From Candidatus Saccharimonadota bacterium (GTDB lineage: Bacteria > Patescibacteriota > Gracilibacteria > Absconditabacterales > Absconditicoccaceae), in NCBI GenBank assembly GCA_000503875.1, contig CP006913.1, positions 1,080,001 through 1,112,000 of the forward strand: a stretch of 32,000 nucleotides of DNA, in the 5' to 3' direction. The position numbers and the translations under genes were made by a program. The notes under the pieces are model-generated. The model was not told the DNA's origin. It saw only the letters and a program-made list of their open reading frames with translations, and searched no databases. Below, piece by piece: positions 18,969 through 29,704 of this stretch; the first letter of the stretch is position 1, and every line of letters begins with the position of its first letter.

Positions 18969-19679
18969 ATGATCTATTCGAATCAAAACTACACACTTCT
19001 TCGAAAACCCAATGGAATTGCGTCTACTTTTGGTGGACAGCAATCAATTTTGGATTACTTTGAGGATTCACAACAATTACAAACGATATTAAACAATTCT
19101 GATTTTGATCAATATCAGTCCTATTGCTATCTCGATGGGTATACAAAACAAAATGCAGATACCTTTCTTCATAACCAAACAACACAGTTTACCAAAGAAC
19201 AAGAATATGGTTTATTAAATAGATTAGATAATGACACTGGCGGATTCCTTTATTTTGCCAAAAACATCGAAAGTTACCAGTTCTACAAGGAACAGCAACA
19301 CAAATGAACAATACAAAAAATGTATCTTGCAGAAGTTCACGGCAATCCATTTTTTACATCAAAAGAGAAAATTCTAACTATAGAAACCCCTATTATGCAT
19401 CATCGTTCTGATGACCAAAAAATGATAGTTGTTACTGATGAAAAAGATAAAATTCAATGAAGATGAGAACCTCATCATGTTTCCACCACGATAGAACTTA
19501 TTTCTTATAATCAAGAAAGGAACACATCACTACTTCATGTATTAATACACAAAGGAATCCGCCACCAGATTAGAATACATTGTAAAAGTATATGAGCCCC
19601 GATTGTCGGAGATAAACTATATGGTCCAAAGACACCAATTTCAGACACCCTCCATCTCCGATCAATCGGAATGAAATAA
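18969..19679 (+). CDS. RluA-family pseudouridine synthase (236 aa)
   Basis: GLLNRLDNDTGGFLYFAK (HRLD-type catalytic Asp motif), KGIRHQIRIHCKSI-G-APIVGDKLYG. 4 in-frame TGAs. TAA at 19677. Confidence 0.8.
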
Positions 19680-19687
19680 TTATTACT

Positions 19688-19716
19688 AATGAGAGATCTA
19701 TTCTCTCATTTTTTTA
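19688..19716 (+). terminator. Intrinsic terminator
   Basis: AATGAGAGA-tcta-TTCTCTCATT followed by T7. Confidence 0.7.
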
Positions 19717-19718
19717 AT

Positions 19719-20064
19719 ATATAAATTCACTAGTTCTATGAAACAATGAATTATATGTTTTTTTATATAGTGAAAAACAATAAATAAGGAAATACCTATT
19801 TCTGTGAAAGAGTGAAATGTGGGGATAAAGCGACTGGTTTTTTTAATGGCCGGAAGTTTTTTTATAAAATTCACTAATTCTATGAAACAATGAAATAGTT
19901 TTTTCCTTGTGTTTTTGGTATATTGCCTATGTTAATAAAAAATAATTTACTATATAAGTGAAATAGTGAAATTATTTTAATAGAAATATAAAAGATAAAA
20001 AGCCCTTGAAATTTTATATTTAAAAGATTATATTCACTATATAAGTGAAATAGTGAAGTTATTT
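19719..20064. promoter_or_regulatory. Non-coding repeat array carrying the TTCACTAT/ATAGTGAA motif, upstream of the HTH gene
   Basis: Pair A: 19719-19750 and 19863-19894 (TATAAA(A)TTCACTA[G/A]TTCTATGAAACAATGAA). Pair B: 19947-19977 and 20033-20064 (TT[A/C]ACTATATAAGTGAAATAGTGAA[A/G]TTATTT, an internal inverted repeat TTCACTAT-n9-ATAGTGAA). An extra ATAGTGAA lies at 19767-19774 and GTGAAA at 19804-19818. All six frames are closed. Confidence 0.6.
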
Positions 20065-20079
20065 ATTTTTTTTAGTACC

Positions 20080-20388
20080 ATGATTCATCCAGGACGACAT
20101 CTATCAAACAAACTCAAAGAATATTGACGAACGCAAAAACAATTTGCGGATCTTTTGGGAAAAAAAGTAAGTGAAGTAAATGAACTTATAAATGGCAAAA
20201 GAAATATAACTATCCAACGAGATATTCTTCTTGCTCTTGTTTTTGATCAAGCAGAAGGAAATCGACTCGCTATGCAAAACGAATATGATTATAGCATCGT
20301 AAAAATGAAGCTCGACAAGAAAAAACTTGATGATATCAAAAAAAGGAAAAATCAACTTAACAAACACCATGTATTTTCTACCTTTTAA
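20080..20388 (+). CDS. HigA/VapI-like XRE-family HTH protein (102 aa)
   Basis: MIHPGRHLSNKLKEY-G-RTQKQFADLLGKKVSEVNELINGKRNITIQRDILLALVF matches the HigA antidote pattern (iHPGe.L.e....g.sq..lA..lgv....i.eii.GKr.it). No toxin ORF lies next to it. Confidence 0.75.
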
Positions 20389-20402
20389 TTGTTACAAACA
20401 AA

Positions 20403-21539
20403 ATGAAACAAAAACCTTTAAAAATTGTTATGGCATGAGGGTGAACAGGCGGACATGTTTTTCCTATTAAAAGTCTTTTGGAATATCTTGCTCAACACAA
20501 AACATTTTCTTCAAACATCAATCATATTTATCGATTTGGCAATAAAAACGCCTTAGAATATACGGTTTTTCAATGATTAAAAAATGCACATAATTGAAAG
20601 AAAAAATGATATGAACTAGATTTTATTTCTATCTATTCATGAAAATATCGTAGAGAAACCCTTCTTAAATCTAGAATAAAAAACGTTAGAGATCTTTTTC
20701 TTTTTGCGATAGGAGTTGTTCAATCTCTTTTCTGGTTAATTTACTACAAAATTGATGTAATTTTTTGTAAGGGTGGTTATATTGCGCTTCCTGTTGTAGC
20801 GGCAGCACGATTATTACGTAAAAAAATTATTGTTCACGAATCAGACACCCATTCGTGATTAGTCAATAAAATAGCATCAAAATTTGCTTGGACAACCTTT
20901 ACATGATTCGATAACGTCCTTCCAAAAGCAAAAACAGTTGGACAAATTATTTCAGAAGAAGTTATAATAGACCAAAAGGAGGCCAAGATGTTTCTCAAAC
21001 AATATCCAGAACTAGATGTTCAAAAGCCATGGATTTTAGTTGTTTGAGGTTCTCAAGGATCTCAAAGACTTTATCAAGCAATTATCAAAGCATTAGAATC
21101 AGATAAAAGCCTTCAAAATGATATACAATTTCTAGTTGTTTTAGGTCTTCTAAATAAAGATCTTAGACCTCAATTTGAAAGATTTCCAAATGTGGTTTGT
21201 TTTGATTTTGTGACCCAAAAAGAGATGGGAATGCTTTGTTATCACTCTGATATCGCTATCACTCGCGCAGGCACAACGTCATTAGCAGAACAAAAGCTCT
21301 ACGATATGAAGCTCTTTATTGTTCCTATTGCTTGGACTCACGACCAATATGACAACGCAAATCGATATCAAAAACACTATAATGATATTCTTATAGACCA
21401 AAAAGATGATACCTTTCTCAACAAGCTTATTATGGAAATAAAAAGACATAAAAATTTCAAAAAAATTCTGACTTCTCAAGATAGGCTAGCTACAATTTCA
21501 AAGGCCAAAGAAGAAATTTGGGAACATATTATTGATTAA
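20403..21539 (+). CDS. murG: UDP-N-acetylglucosamine--N-acetylmuramyl-(pentapeptide) pyrophosphoryl-undecaprenol GlcNAc transferase MurG (378 aa)
   Basis: KIVMA-[TGA]-G-[TGA]-TGGHVFP gives GGTGGH. VHESDTHS-G-LVNK. ILVV-[TGA]-GSQGSQ gives GGSQG. ITRAGTTSLAEQ. HDQYDNA. Confidence 0.9.
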
Positions 21540-21540
21540 A

Positions 21541-21566
21541 AAAAGAGCCGGAAGGCTCTTTTTATT
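21541..21566. terminator. Bidirectional intrinsic terminator
   Basis: AAAAGAGCC-ggaa-GGCTCTTTTT, between convergent murG and the LRR gene. Confidence 0.7.
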
Positions 21567-21584
21567 TTGGGTTATATATATTAA

Positions 21585-24500
21585 TTAAAACCCATTCATA
21601 GTCAAAGTAAGAGTACCACTATAACTACCTGGAGCCTGATTAGCAGGTACGTTTACTAATAATCAAACATTATCAGCACTTACCCTACAAATCTTGTTAC
21701 TATCAGGAATCTTTTCAAATATTTCATAAGGCGCACTATAGAATTGTGTAGCTGTTCCATTATCTCCTGTACAAGCTGAGTCACCTTCAACAACAACAGG
21801 ATTATGAGAGATAAGAAGATTACTACCAGAAATAACATTTGATTTTTCATTAATTAGATCAGTTGTCTGAATAGTTAATGTCCACCCTCAATTAATACCT
21901 CTATAATCTTGACAATACCAAGTAGAAGGGAAGGTTCCAGTAAAGGTATAAGGGACACCAATTTTCACCTCTTGAGCATCCATAGTGAGTGATGTTCAGT
22001 AGATACATTCGGTAACTCATCAGGTTATTGTTAGGGTAATATTTCAATTAGTTCAATTTCCAGAAGATCAATCGGTATATTCAATAGTATCAGAAGTAGA
22101 AATATCAGCAATAAAATCGCTATCTAAATCGAACTCAGCATAAACAGTTTTAGTTCAAGTACCGGCAGAAAGAGTTCGAGATTTGGTATCAGAAATAGAT
22201 TCCCAAGCTGATCGGTTAGAATTATCATTAGAAAATCTCATATACGCTATAGCACCAGAGATATTTAAAGTTACATTTTGAGAATTAGTAGAAGCATCAT
22301 CATTATTGATAACAAAAGAGCCAGTTCCTTCTCCGATTGCGAAATATGTAGCGTGATCTGTAGTAAACTCAACATAAGGAATTCAAGCAATATCTATGAC
22401 TGTAGAGGTTCAGTGGAAAGACCAGTTAGAAGATAAATTTTGAGAATAGAATATATCTACAACATCATCAATATTTTTACCTAAAGCAGGCATTCTCACA
22501 GTAACAGACTTACTAAAATCAATTCTCTTGGTAGCATCACCAAATTTAGTGAGAGCAACAACATTATCAACCAATTTAGTACTACCCGTACTCAAAAGAA
22601 CAGGAGCTTGTAAGATACCAGTAAATCATTGTCCATTAGTAGTAAGTAATGTTCAGCTATCATACTGAACTTCTACATTATTTAGATAATAATCTTGAGT
22701 ATAATTAGAAGTTGGCGATTGCATAATAATATCAACTAATATTTCATTAGTAATTCCAGGGGTAAAACTAATAGCATATGTTCAAGTATAATAATTACCA
22801 GATAAAGAATAAAGAGCAAGAGTTATTTTGCCGTCCATTACTTCCTTAGTTAATTCGGTAATAAAATCGATTTGATTAGTAGAGTTTATAACACTACAAT
22901 AGTTATTATTTGTTTCAGTTGATCAATTTGGATACGCTATTATTCCTGGATTATCTGTGCAAATAGAAGATAAAGATAAGTCCCATAAGTTTAATAAATT
23001 ATCAAAAACATTACTTGTTATAGATGATATAAAATTTTTATTTAAAGAAAGCCCATTTAAATTATCAAGTTCATAAAAATTTCAAACATCAATAGAAAGT
23101 AATTGATTATTATCTAAATAAAGATACATTAAAGAAGGAAGTCATGAAAACCCACTAACTTCAATAGAATTTATTTGATTGTAACTTAAATATAATTCGT
23201 TGAGAGAAGAGAGCCCATTAAAGTCTCCAGATTCAATAGAATTTATTTGATTTGTACTTAAATCAAGGAAAATTAAAGAAGAGAGCCCATTAAAGTCTCC
23301 AGATTCAATAGAATTTATTTGATTTGAATTTAAATCAAGATAGGTTAAAGAAGAAAGCAAATTAAAGCTATTAGATCCAATGGAACTTATTTCATTTCAA
23401 TATAAATAAAGATCTGTTAAATTAGTAAGTCCAACAAAATCTCAAATATCAATAGAATTTATTTGATTATTACCTAAATCAAGATAGGTTAAAGAAGAAA
23501 GCAAATTAAAGCTATTAGATTCAATAAAACTTATTTCATTTCAATATAAATAAAGATCTGTTAAAGAAGAAAGATCAGCAAAATCTCAAAGATCAATAGA
23601 ATCTATTTGATTGTTATTTAGATCAAGATAAGTTAAAAAGGAAAGTCAAATAAAACTTCCAGATTCGATAGAACTTATGGCATTTCAATCTAAGCTAAGT
23701 TGGGTTAAATTATTAAGACCAGCAAAATCTCAAACATCAATAGAACTTATTTGATTATATACCACATTTTCTGGACCAATATCTCTAGGTAATTTAAAGT
23801 TTCATAAATAAAGGTCAGTTAAATTATCAAGTCAATAAAAACTTCCAGATTCAATAGAATTTATTTGATTGTATCATAAATTAAGATAAGTCAAAGAGGA
23901 CAGTTCTGAAAACCCATAAGCTTCGATAGAGCTTATTTTATTAATATTTAAGTTAAGCTGAGTTAAATTATCAAGTCCAATAAAATCTCAAACATCAATA
24001 GAAGTTATTTGATTATAATTTAAATAAAGGTTTTTTAATAAAAATAATCAACTAAAACTTCACCTTTCAATTGATGAAATTTGATTTTGTGTTAGGCTGA
24101 GATAATCTAAATTAGTAAGTCCAATAAAATCTCAAACATCAATTCATGTAATTAGATTATTATCCAATAAAAGACCTGTTAAATTAGTGGCTCATAAAAA
24201 CCCTCAACTTTCAATAGAAGTAATCTGATTTTGAGATATTTCAAGTCTAATTAAAGAAGAAAGACCATTAAATGTTCCGGCTTTAATTGTAGTTAGTTTA
24301 TTTTGATCTAAATCAATAATATTTAAATTAGAAAGCCCTAAAAAACTTCAACTTTCTATTGATGTAAGATTTCCACCATCCATATAAAGTCATATCAAAT
24401 TATCAAGTCCAACAAAATCACCAACATCAATTCAAGTTAATGGATTATTTCTTATAGCAAGATATTGTAAATTACTATGATTTATAAAAGAATCAGAAGC

Positions 24501-24656
24501 TATACTAGTAATATTTCTTCAAAATAAATCACAAGAAGTTGCTCATGTCTCACAATTGAAAGTACTGATAACATTACCACTATTTAATTCTTCAGCCCGT
24601 GTAAAAGAAGCAAATATCCCCAAAATAAACAGAGCTGCGATTAGTATTTTTTTCAT
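21585..24656 (-). CDS. Large surface protein (1023 aa): signal peptide, about 20 leucine-rich repeats, middle domains, C-terminal WxL-like module
   Basis: The length is exactly 1024 codons. ORFs 22410.. and 23142.. are in frame. MKKILIAALFILGIFASF. 24-aa LRR units read L..L..L.L..NQI.SIE.GDF.GL, with many of the Gly residues encoded by TGA. The C-terminus ...WYCQDYRGIN-G-GWTLTIQ...LLVNVPANQAPGSYSGTLTLTMNGF resembles the Gram-positive WxL cell-wall-binding domain. Confidence 0.8.
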
Positions 24657-24821
24657 TTTTTATAGTAAAAAATAAATTCATTTAATTATATTCAAAAACC
24701 TCTTTTTTGTCAAAAAATAGAGGAGTTTTTATCTAGTAAAACCTTTGTCCTACTTTTGTCAGTTTTTTTCTTTTTTGGGAATTTTACAATTCGGGGGATT
24801 TATCCTGTAAATCTCAAAAAG

Positions 24822-25673
24822 ATGAAAAAAACAACAGCGATCAATGTCCAATGAGTGGTTATTGGCATAGTAGAAACTAATAAAGAAAGTTATATTAGTT
24901 TGACTGATATAGCTAAGTATAAAAATTTTTTTCAGCCAGCAGATGTTATTAAAAACTGGCTCAGGTCAAAAAGTACAATAGATTTTTTATGATTATGGGA
25001 GTTTATAAATAACCCAAATTTTAAAGGGGTCGAATTCGACCAGTTTAAAAATGAAGCAGGTAATAATTATTTTGTTTTATCTCCTCAAAAATGGATAGAA
25101 AAAACACAAGCAAAATGATTAATAACAAAATCATGAAGATATTGATGATGAACATTTGCTCATAAAGACATTGCTATAGAATTTGCTAGTTGGATTTCGG
25201 TAGAGTTTAGGCTTTACCTTATCAAAGAATTCCAAAGACTCAAAGAACAAGAGACCAAATCATTAGACCGAGACGTCAAGAGATTTCTCACTAAGATGAA
25301 CTATAGAATCCACACAGACGCCATCAAAGATAATCTTATTCCCAAAGAACTTTCTCAGGATGAGATAAACCATATTTACGCTGATGAGGCAGATGTACTA
25401 AATAAGGCGCTATTTGGACAAACAGCAAAACAACGAAAAGATCAGAATCTGCATAAAAAATGCGACAGTCCTGTAAAGGGAAATATGAGAGACTATGCAA
25501 ATATAGAACAATTAATAATCTTAGCAAACTTAGAAAGTATCAATGCAGAGTTTATAAAAATGTGACTAGAGCAACCCAAACGTCTTCAAATATTAAACCA
25601 AACAGCAATTAGTCAAATGAAATCATTGATCCAAAACCAGAATTTAGAAAATATAAATAGGCCAAATTCTTAA
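24822..25673 (+). CDS. KilA-N domain-containing DNA-binding protein (283 aa)
   Basis: ...ESYISLTDIAKYKN...VIKNWLRSKSTIDFL-G-LWEFINNPNFKGVEFDQFKNEAG...KS-G-RY-G-G-G-TFAHKDIAIEFASWISVEFRLYLIKEFQRLK...MNYRIHTDAIKDNLIP...ADVLNKALFGQTAKQ. This is a close match to the widespread KilA-N family pattern. Confidence 0.85.
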
Positions 25674-25697
25674 TTTTTTATATCCTAAAACTTTCTT

Positions 25698-28600
25698 ATG
25701 ACAAAACGTCTTCTAATTATCTTTTTCATTACATTGGCTTATTTTCTTATCATTATTCCCGTACAATCTCAGCAACAGGATACAGGAGAACAACAAAATA
25801 TTTATGAAAACAATTCTTGATCAGGAACAACCTGAGAAAACACATGAGAAATTATACAAGAAATTCCAACCAACGATACTGGCCAAAATATTCAAATTGA
25901 AGAAAATATTTCAGGATCGAACAATGTGACAGAAGTCACAGAAAATCTTTCTGGAAATAATTTTACTAATGATACTACCTGACAAAACACCCAAATAAAT
26001 CAAGCTCCACAGTTAATTATCTCTGAAATCTATTATGACGGAACAGAAGAATGGATAGAAATTACAAATCTCGGATCATATTTTTCTGGAGAGGTGGAAA
26101 TGAGGACACCACAGTCCAATTTTTTTACGCTTTCTCTCCAGCCTAATCAGTCGATTATTCTCACAAAATCCTCTCAATTATATAGTCGAATATCTCCTTT
26201 GGTTATCCAAAAAGCCCTCCCATTATCGTTTAGTTTCACAGATACCAAGGCTATTTTTACTACATTATCTCGAAGCGGGCAGACTATAGATACCTTCCAA
26301 GCAGAGACAGGTTTGGTTACGAAATACAACGATAAGAAAACATCTCTTATCAAACAATACAACAATCAAATCTGGTTTATAACTGGATCAACTTCTGCTA
26401 TCAATGTTCTTTCTCCTTATATCGCTAGTCCTGGAATTTGGGAAAGTTGAGATGCTTTTCAAACGAATAACTGAGATTCTTTTGGAACAGGGACGCTTTG
26501 AATATCTTGAACCCTTCAAACATGAGGCATTTCAAATACGGGAATATGTTGAGCGCTTCAATCATGATGATTTTTGAATACGGGGATCCTTTCGTTTTCT
26601 GGAACAGGAGATAGTTGATGCTCAAGTTGATCAGATCTGGGGGGAGGGGGAATGACTGGACATGTCCAATTCCCGATAGCTTCCTCCCCCCAGCCTGGCA
26701 TCCTCTCAATCACAGAAATCTACCAGAGTACCTGATTTTTCTCGGATTTTATAGAGATCCAGGCGCTTCAAGATTTTAGTGGCAAGATCTTTTTTTCAGG
26801 ATCCTTGCTAAAGACTAGTTTTAACCTAGATTTTTCTGGAAAGAATCAAGATAGAACGATAATTGTCTACTCTGATAACTGATGGTTATCAGGCCAAAAA
26901 AAGATAAAAGAAGTCAGTTTAGACCTAAACACTTCTTGATGTCTCCAGGCACTTGGACAAAGTGGACAAGTTTTCGACAGCATTCAGGTTTTGGCAAGTT
27001 CTTGAAATAAGTCAAACTATAACTGAGATTTCTCTAATTGAGACATCGACATCTTTTCCAAAATCGACGATTTTTCACCCTGATTTGATGAACAGTTTCT
27101 TGTCTATTTTTCTGCTATTTATACTTATACTACCTGACAAATCATTCAAAACACCTGATTTTCTGACCAAATAAACTCCGGAGGGCTGTCCACGGGAACA
27201 ACTCAAAATTGACAAGATTTGTCCTGAACAAGCACTACAGGAATCACCATAAAACCAAAAGACCTTCAAATCACAGCCCTCACTCACAAAACCCCAGAAT
27301 CCATCACCATCAAATCAAATATAACTTTCAACATAGATCTTTCCAAAAAAGACCGATATCTTCTAACAAAGGAAACACCTACCAGCGATCGAAAAATCAC
27401 CAAGAAATATCTTACAGGGATTCTTGGTTCAGGTCAATTTACGACTATTTTCAAAACCCGATGATTTTTGGATGCAGGAAGTTGCGTAGGTCTTTTTTAT
27501 CAAACAGGCCAATTAGATGAGTGGTGCTATGGTTCAGCTTTACCGAAGCCAGAAGAAGAACCGGTATTAGAAGATGATATACCCAATATCCAGATTATCT
27601 GAGTTCTTCCAAATCCCGTCGGCAAAGACGACAAAGAAGAACTCCATCTCCTTCGAACTCCATCAACAACCTGATCAGTTGTTATGAGAGAGAACGAAAG
27701 AATCGAAAATTTAATTTTTCCCCCCGAATCCCTCTATATCAAAATCAACACCACCAAAAAATACCTCACAGCTTCTCTTCTTGCAAATCAAATAACAATT
27801 CTGACGGGTTCGCTTGGTTTAGTCAACAAAGCTGCATGTATCGAACTTCGATATACAACCAATCTTCTCGATACTTTTTGTTACCCAGATCCTTTAGAAT
27901 GAGAATTTATCCCGAGGGGAGGGCGTCCAGATATCCCAGAATATTTCCCTTCCATCAAGATTCTCGGCGCCCTCCCCAACCCTCAAGGTAAGGACGACAC
28001 TGAATTCATCTCTCTCCTTCGAACCCCTTCAACAAGCTGATCAGTTACGGAAGGCTCTGCCTTTAGCGGATTTGTGAGCGGCAACGAATCAATCCAAAAT
28101 TTTCTTCTTCCCCCCAAAACTCTCTACCTCCTCAACAACAAAACGAAGACCTATTTTAGCGGTTCTCTTCAAGCCAATACAGGGACAATATTCAAAAGTT
28201 CTCTGGGTCTTCTCAACAGTGCGCATTGCACAGAACTTCGATATGCCACGACTCAACTCGACCGCTTTTGTTATCCCAATCCAAAAGAAGATGAGTATTT
28301 TGGTACGTGAAATATACTTTTACAAACATTACAAAAATCTGATTTTTCTCTTCTCCAAAAGGTTTGATTTATCGTCACAGGATCACAAATTTGCGTTAGA
28401 TATTATGACCAGATGCTCACCTGTCGCCAGCTGCCGGCCGCCAAAACCTCCATCAAGTTAAAAAACGAAAACAAGCTTTACAAGACCTATGTCGGCCTCA
28501 TCCAAAATTATCTTATCAAAAATTGGTCTACCCTCTATTTTAATACTCCAATAACGGATTACTTTACTGTCCTCAAAAATGCTAAAGCTCAAGTAAAAGA

Positions 28601-28757
28601 TTTTTCATCAACAATCAATATCAGCGGTCAACGATTTGATGTCTACGATATTTCTGGTCAAATTGAATTGACAACTGCCACACAATGACTATCTTGAAAG
28701 CAATCCCAAGATCAAAAATCTTGGTTACAAAAGTTTTTAATATGGTTAGGTATATAA
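25698..28757 (+). CDS. Secreted multi-repeat lamin-tail-domain (LTD)-like protein (about 1019 aa if single-frame); frame integrity is doubtful at 26450-27240
   Basis: Signal peptide MTKRLLIIFFITLAYFLIIIPVQS. I checked all frame-0 codons from 26400 to 27684: no TAA/TAG before 28755. ORFs 26094.., 27684.., 28074.. and 28413.. are in frame. LTD-like motifs: IISEIYYDGTEEWIEITN, SITEIYQ..DFIEIQ, II-G-VLPNPVGKDDKEELHLL, ILGALPNPQGKDDTEFISLL. Confidence 0.55.
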
Positions 28758-28765
28758 TTAGACTT

Positions 28766-29704
28766 ATGAAACAAGCATATGTAAGAGGGTATTATGGATA
28801 CAAAAACTTTGGAGATGAATTGCTTTTTTTTGGAGTAATTGATTGGATTTTTTCTCATTATCCAGAAATTCAAGAGCTTGTTATAGAGGTAAACAACAAA
28901 ACCTGGATGGAATATCGAGTCAAAAAAAACTACCAGGAATACACTTCCAAAGAACAATATCATAAGATTTCTTTTGTGGAAATTAAACAACATCGTTGGA
29001 AATATCTTACCCATATTATTAGTTTGTTGGGCTTTGGAAAATATAGATCGTATTTCAAATTCTTTGGTTGATGAGAGGTTCTTAGCGATGAAAGAGATTT
29101 TCCTCATGATGGACGAAACATTCCTCTTCTTTTTGGAACAACAGTGAGAAAATGAAAATTTATGCTTCTTGGAGGAATAGGAACACCCAGAAAAACAAGA
29201 ACAAAATTGCTTTATGATATATTACTTCCCAAAGCAGAATGAATTATAACAAGAGAAGAAACTTCGTATAAAACAGCGTTAAAACGAAATAAACACACAG
29301 CTTCCTATCAAGATTTTAGTCAAAATATTATAGAAAATACAGCTTGTAAAAAACAAGATACTTCTCCATCATACGTGCTTATAAACTGCAATTTAAAATC
29401 TCGAAATCCTGACACAAAAGAATCTATTGTTGAATTTTGCAAGACTCATGCTCAACACAAAAAAATCTTTTTTCCTTGTGATATGAACGATGATATTTAT
29501 TGCTTTGCGGATCTTCAACAAGACATTCCTGATTTAGAAATGTATGATCGAACCAAGCATTCATTACAAGATTCTCTTTGTCTTTTTAAAGGTTCAACGG
29601 CAGCAATTTGAGCAAGACTTCATTTTCTTTTACCGCTCAAATTGTACAAAAAAGATTTTACAGCAATTAAATACGCAGAAAAAATATATAAGATGATTGA
29701 TTAG
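28766..29704 (+). CDS. Polysaccharide pyruvyl transferase family protein (CsaB-like, 312 aa)
   Basis: MKQAYVRGYYGYKNFGDELLFFGVI... (GyyG..N.GDe motif). FKFFG-[TGA]-[TGA]-EVLSDE gives GGGevlsD. ORF 29375.. is in frame. The TAG at 29702 overlaps the stop of the convergent gene. Confidence 0.7.

Noticed and set aside
19719-20064. Possible CRISPR array (direct ~31-nt repeats in non-coding DNA)
   Set aside because: There are only two copies each of two different repeats, with unequal spacing (~144 and ~86 nt). The repeats share a short palindromic half-site, and there are no cas genes. Operator or iteron-like sites fit better.
26425-26709. 94-aa minus-strand ORF across the GC-rich palindrome, plus the other ORFs 26174.., 26953.., 27075.., 27209.., 28219.., 28712..
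   Set aside because: They are antisense to, or out of frame with, the LTD and pyruvyl-transferase genes, and I recognise no motifs in them. 26953..27174 is kept only as part of the frame-ambiguity finding.
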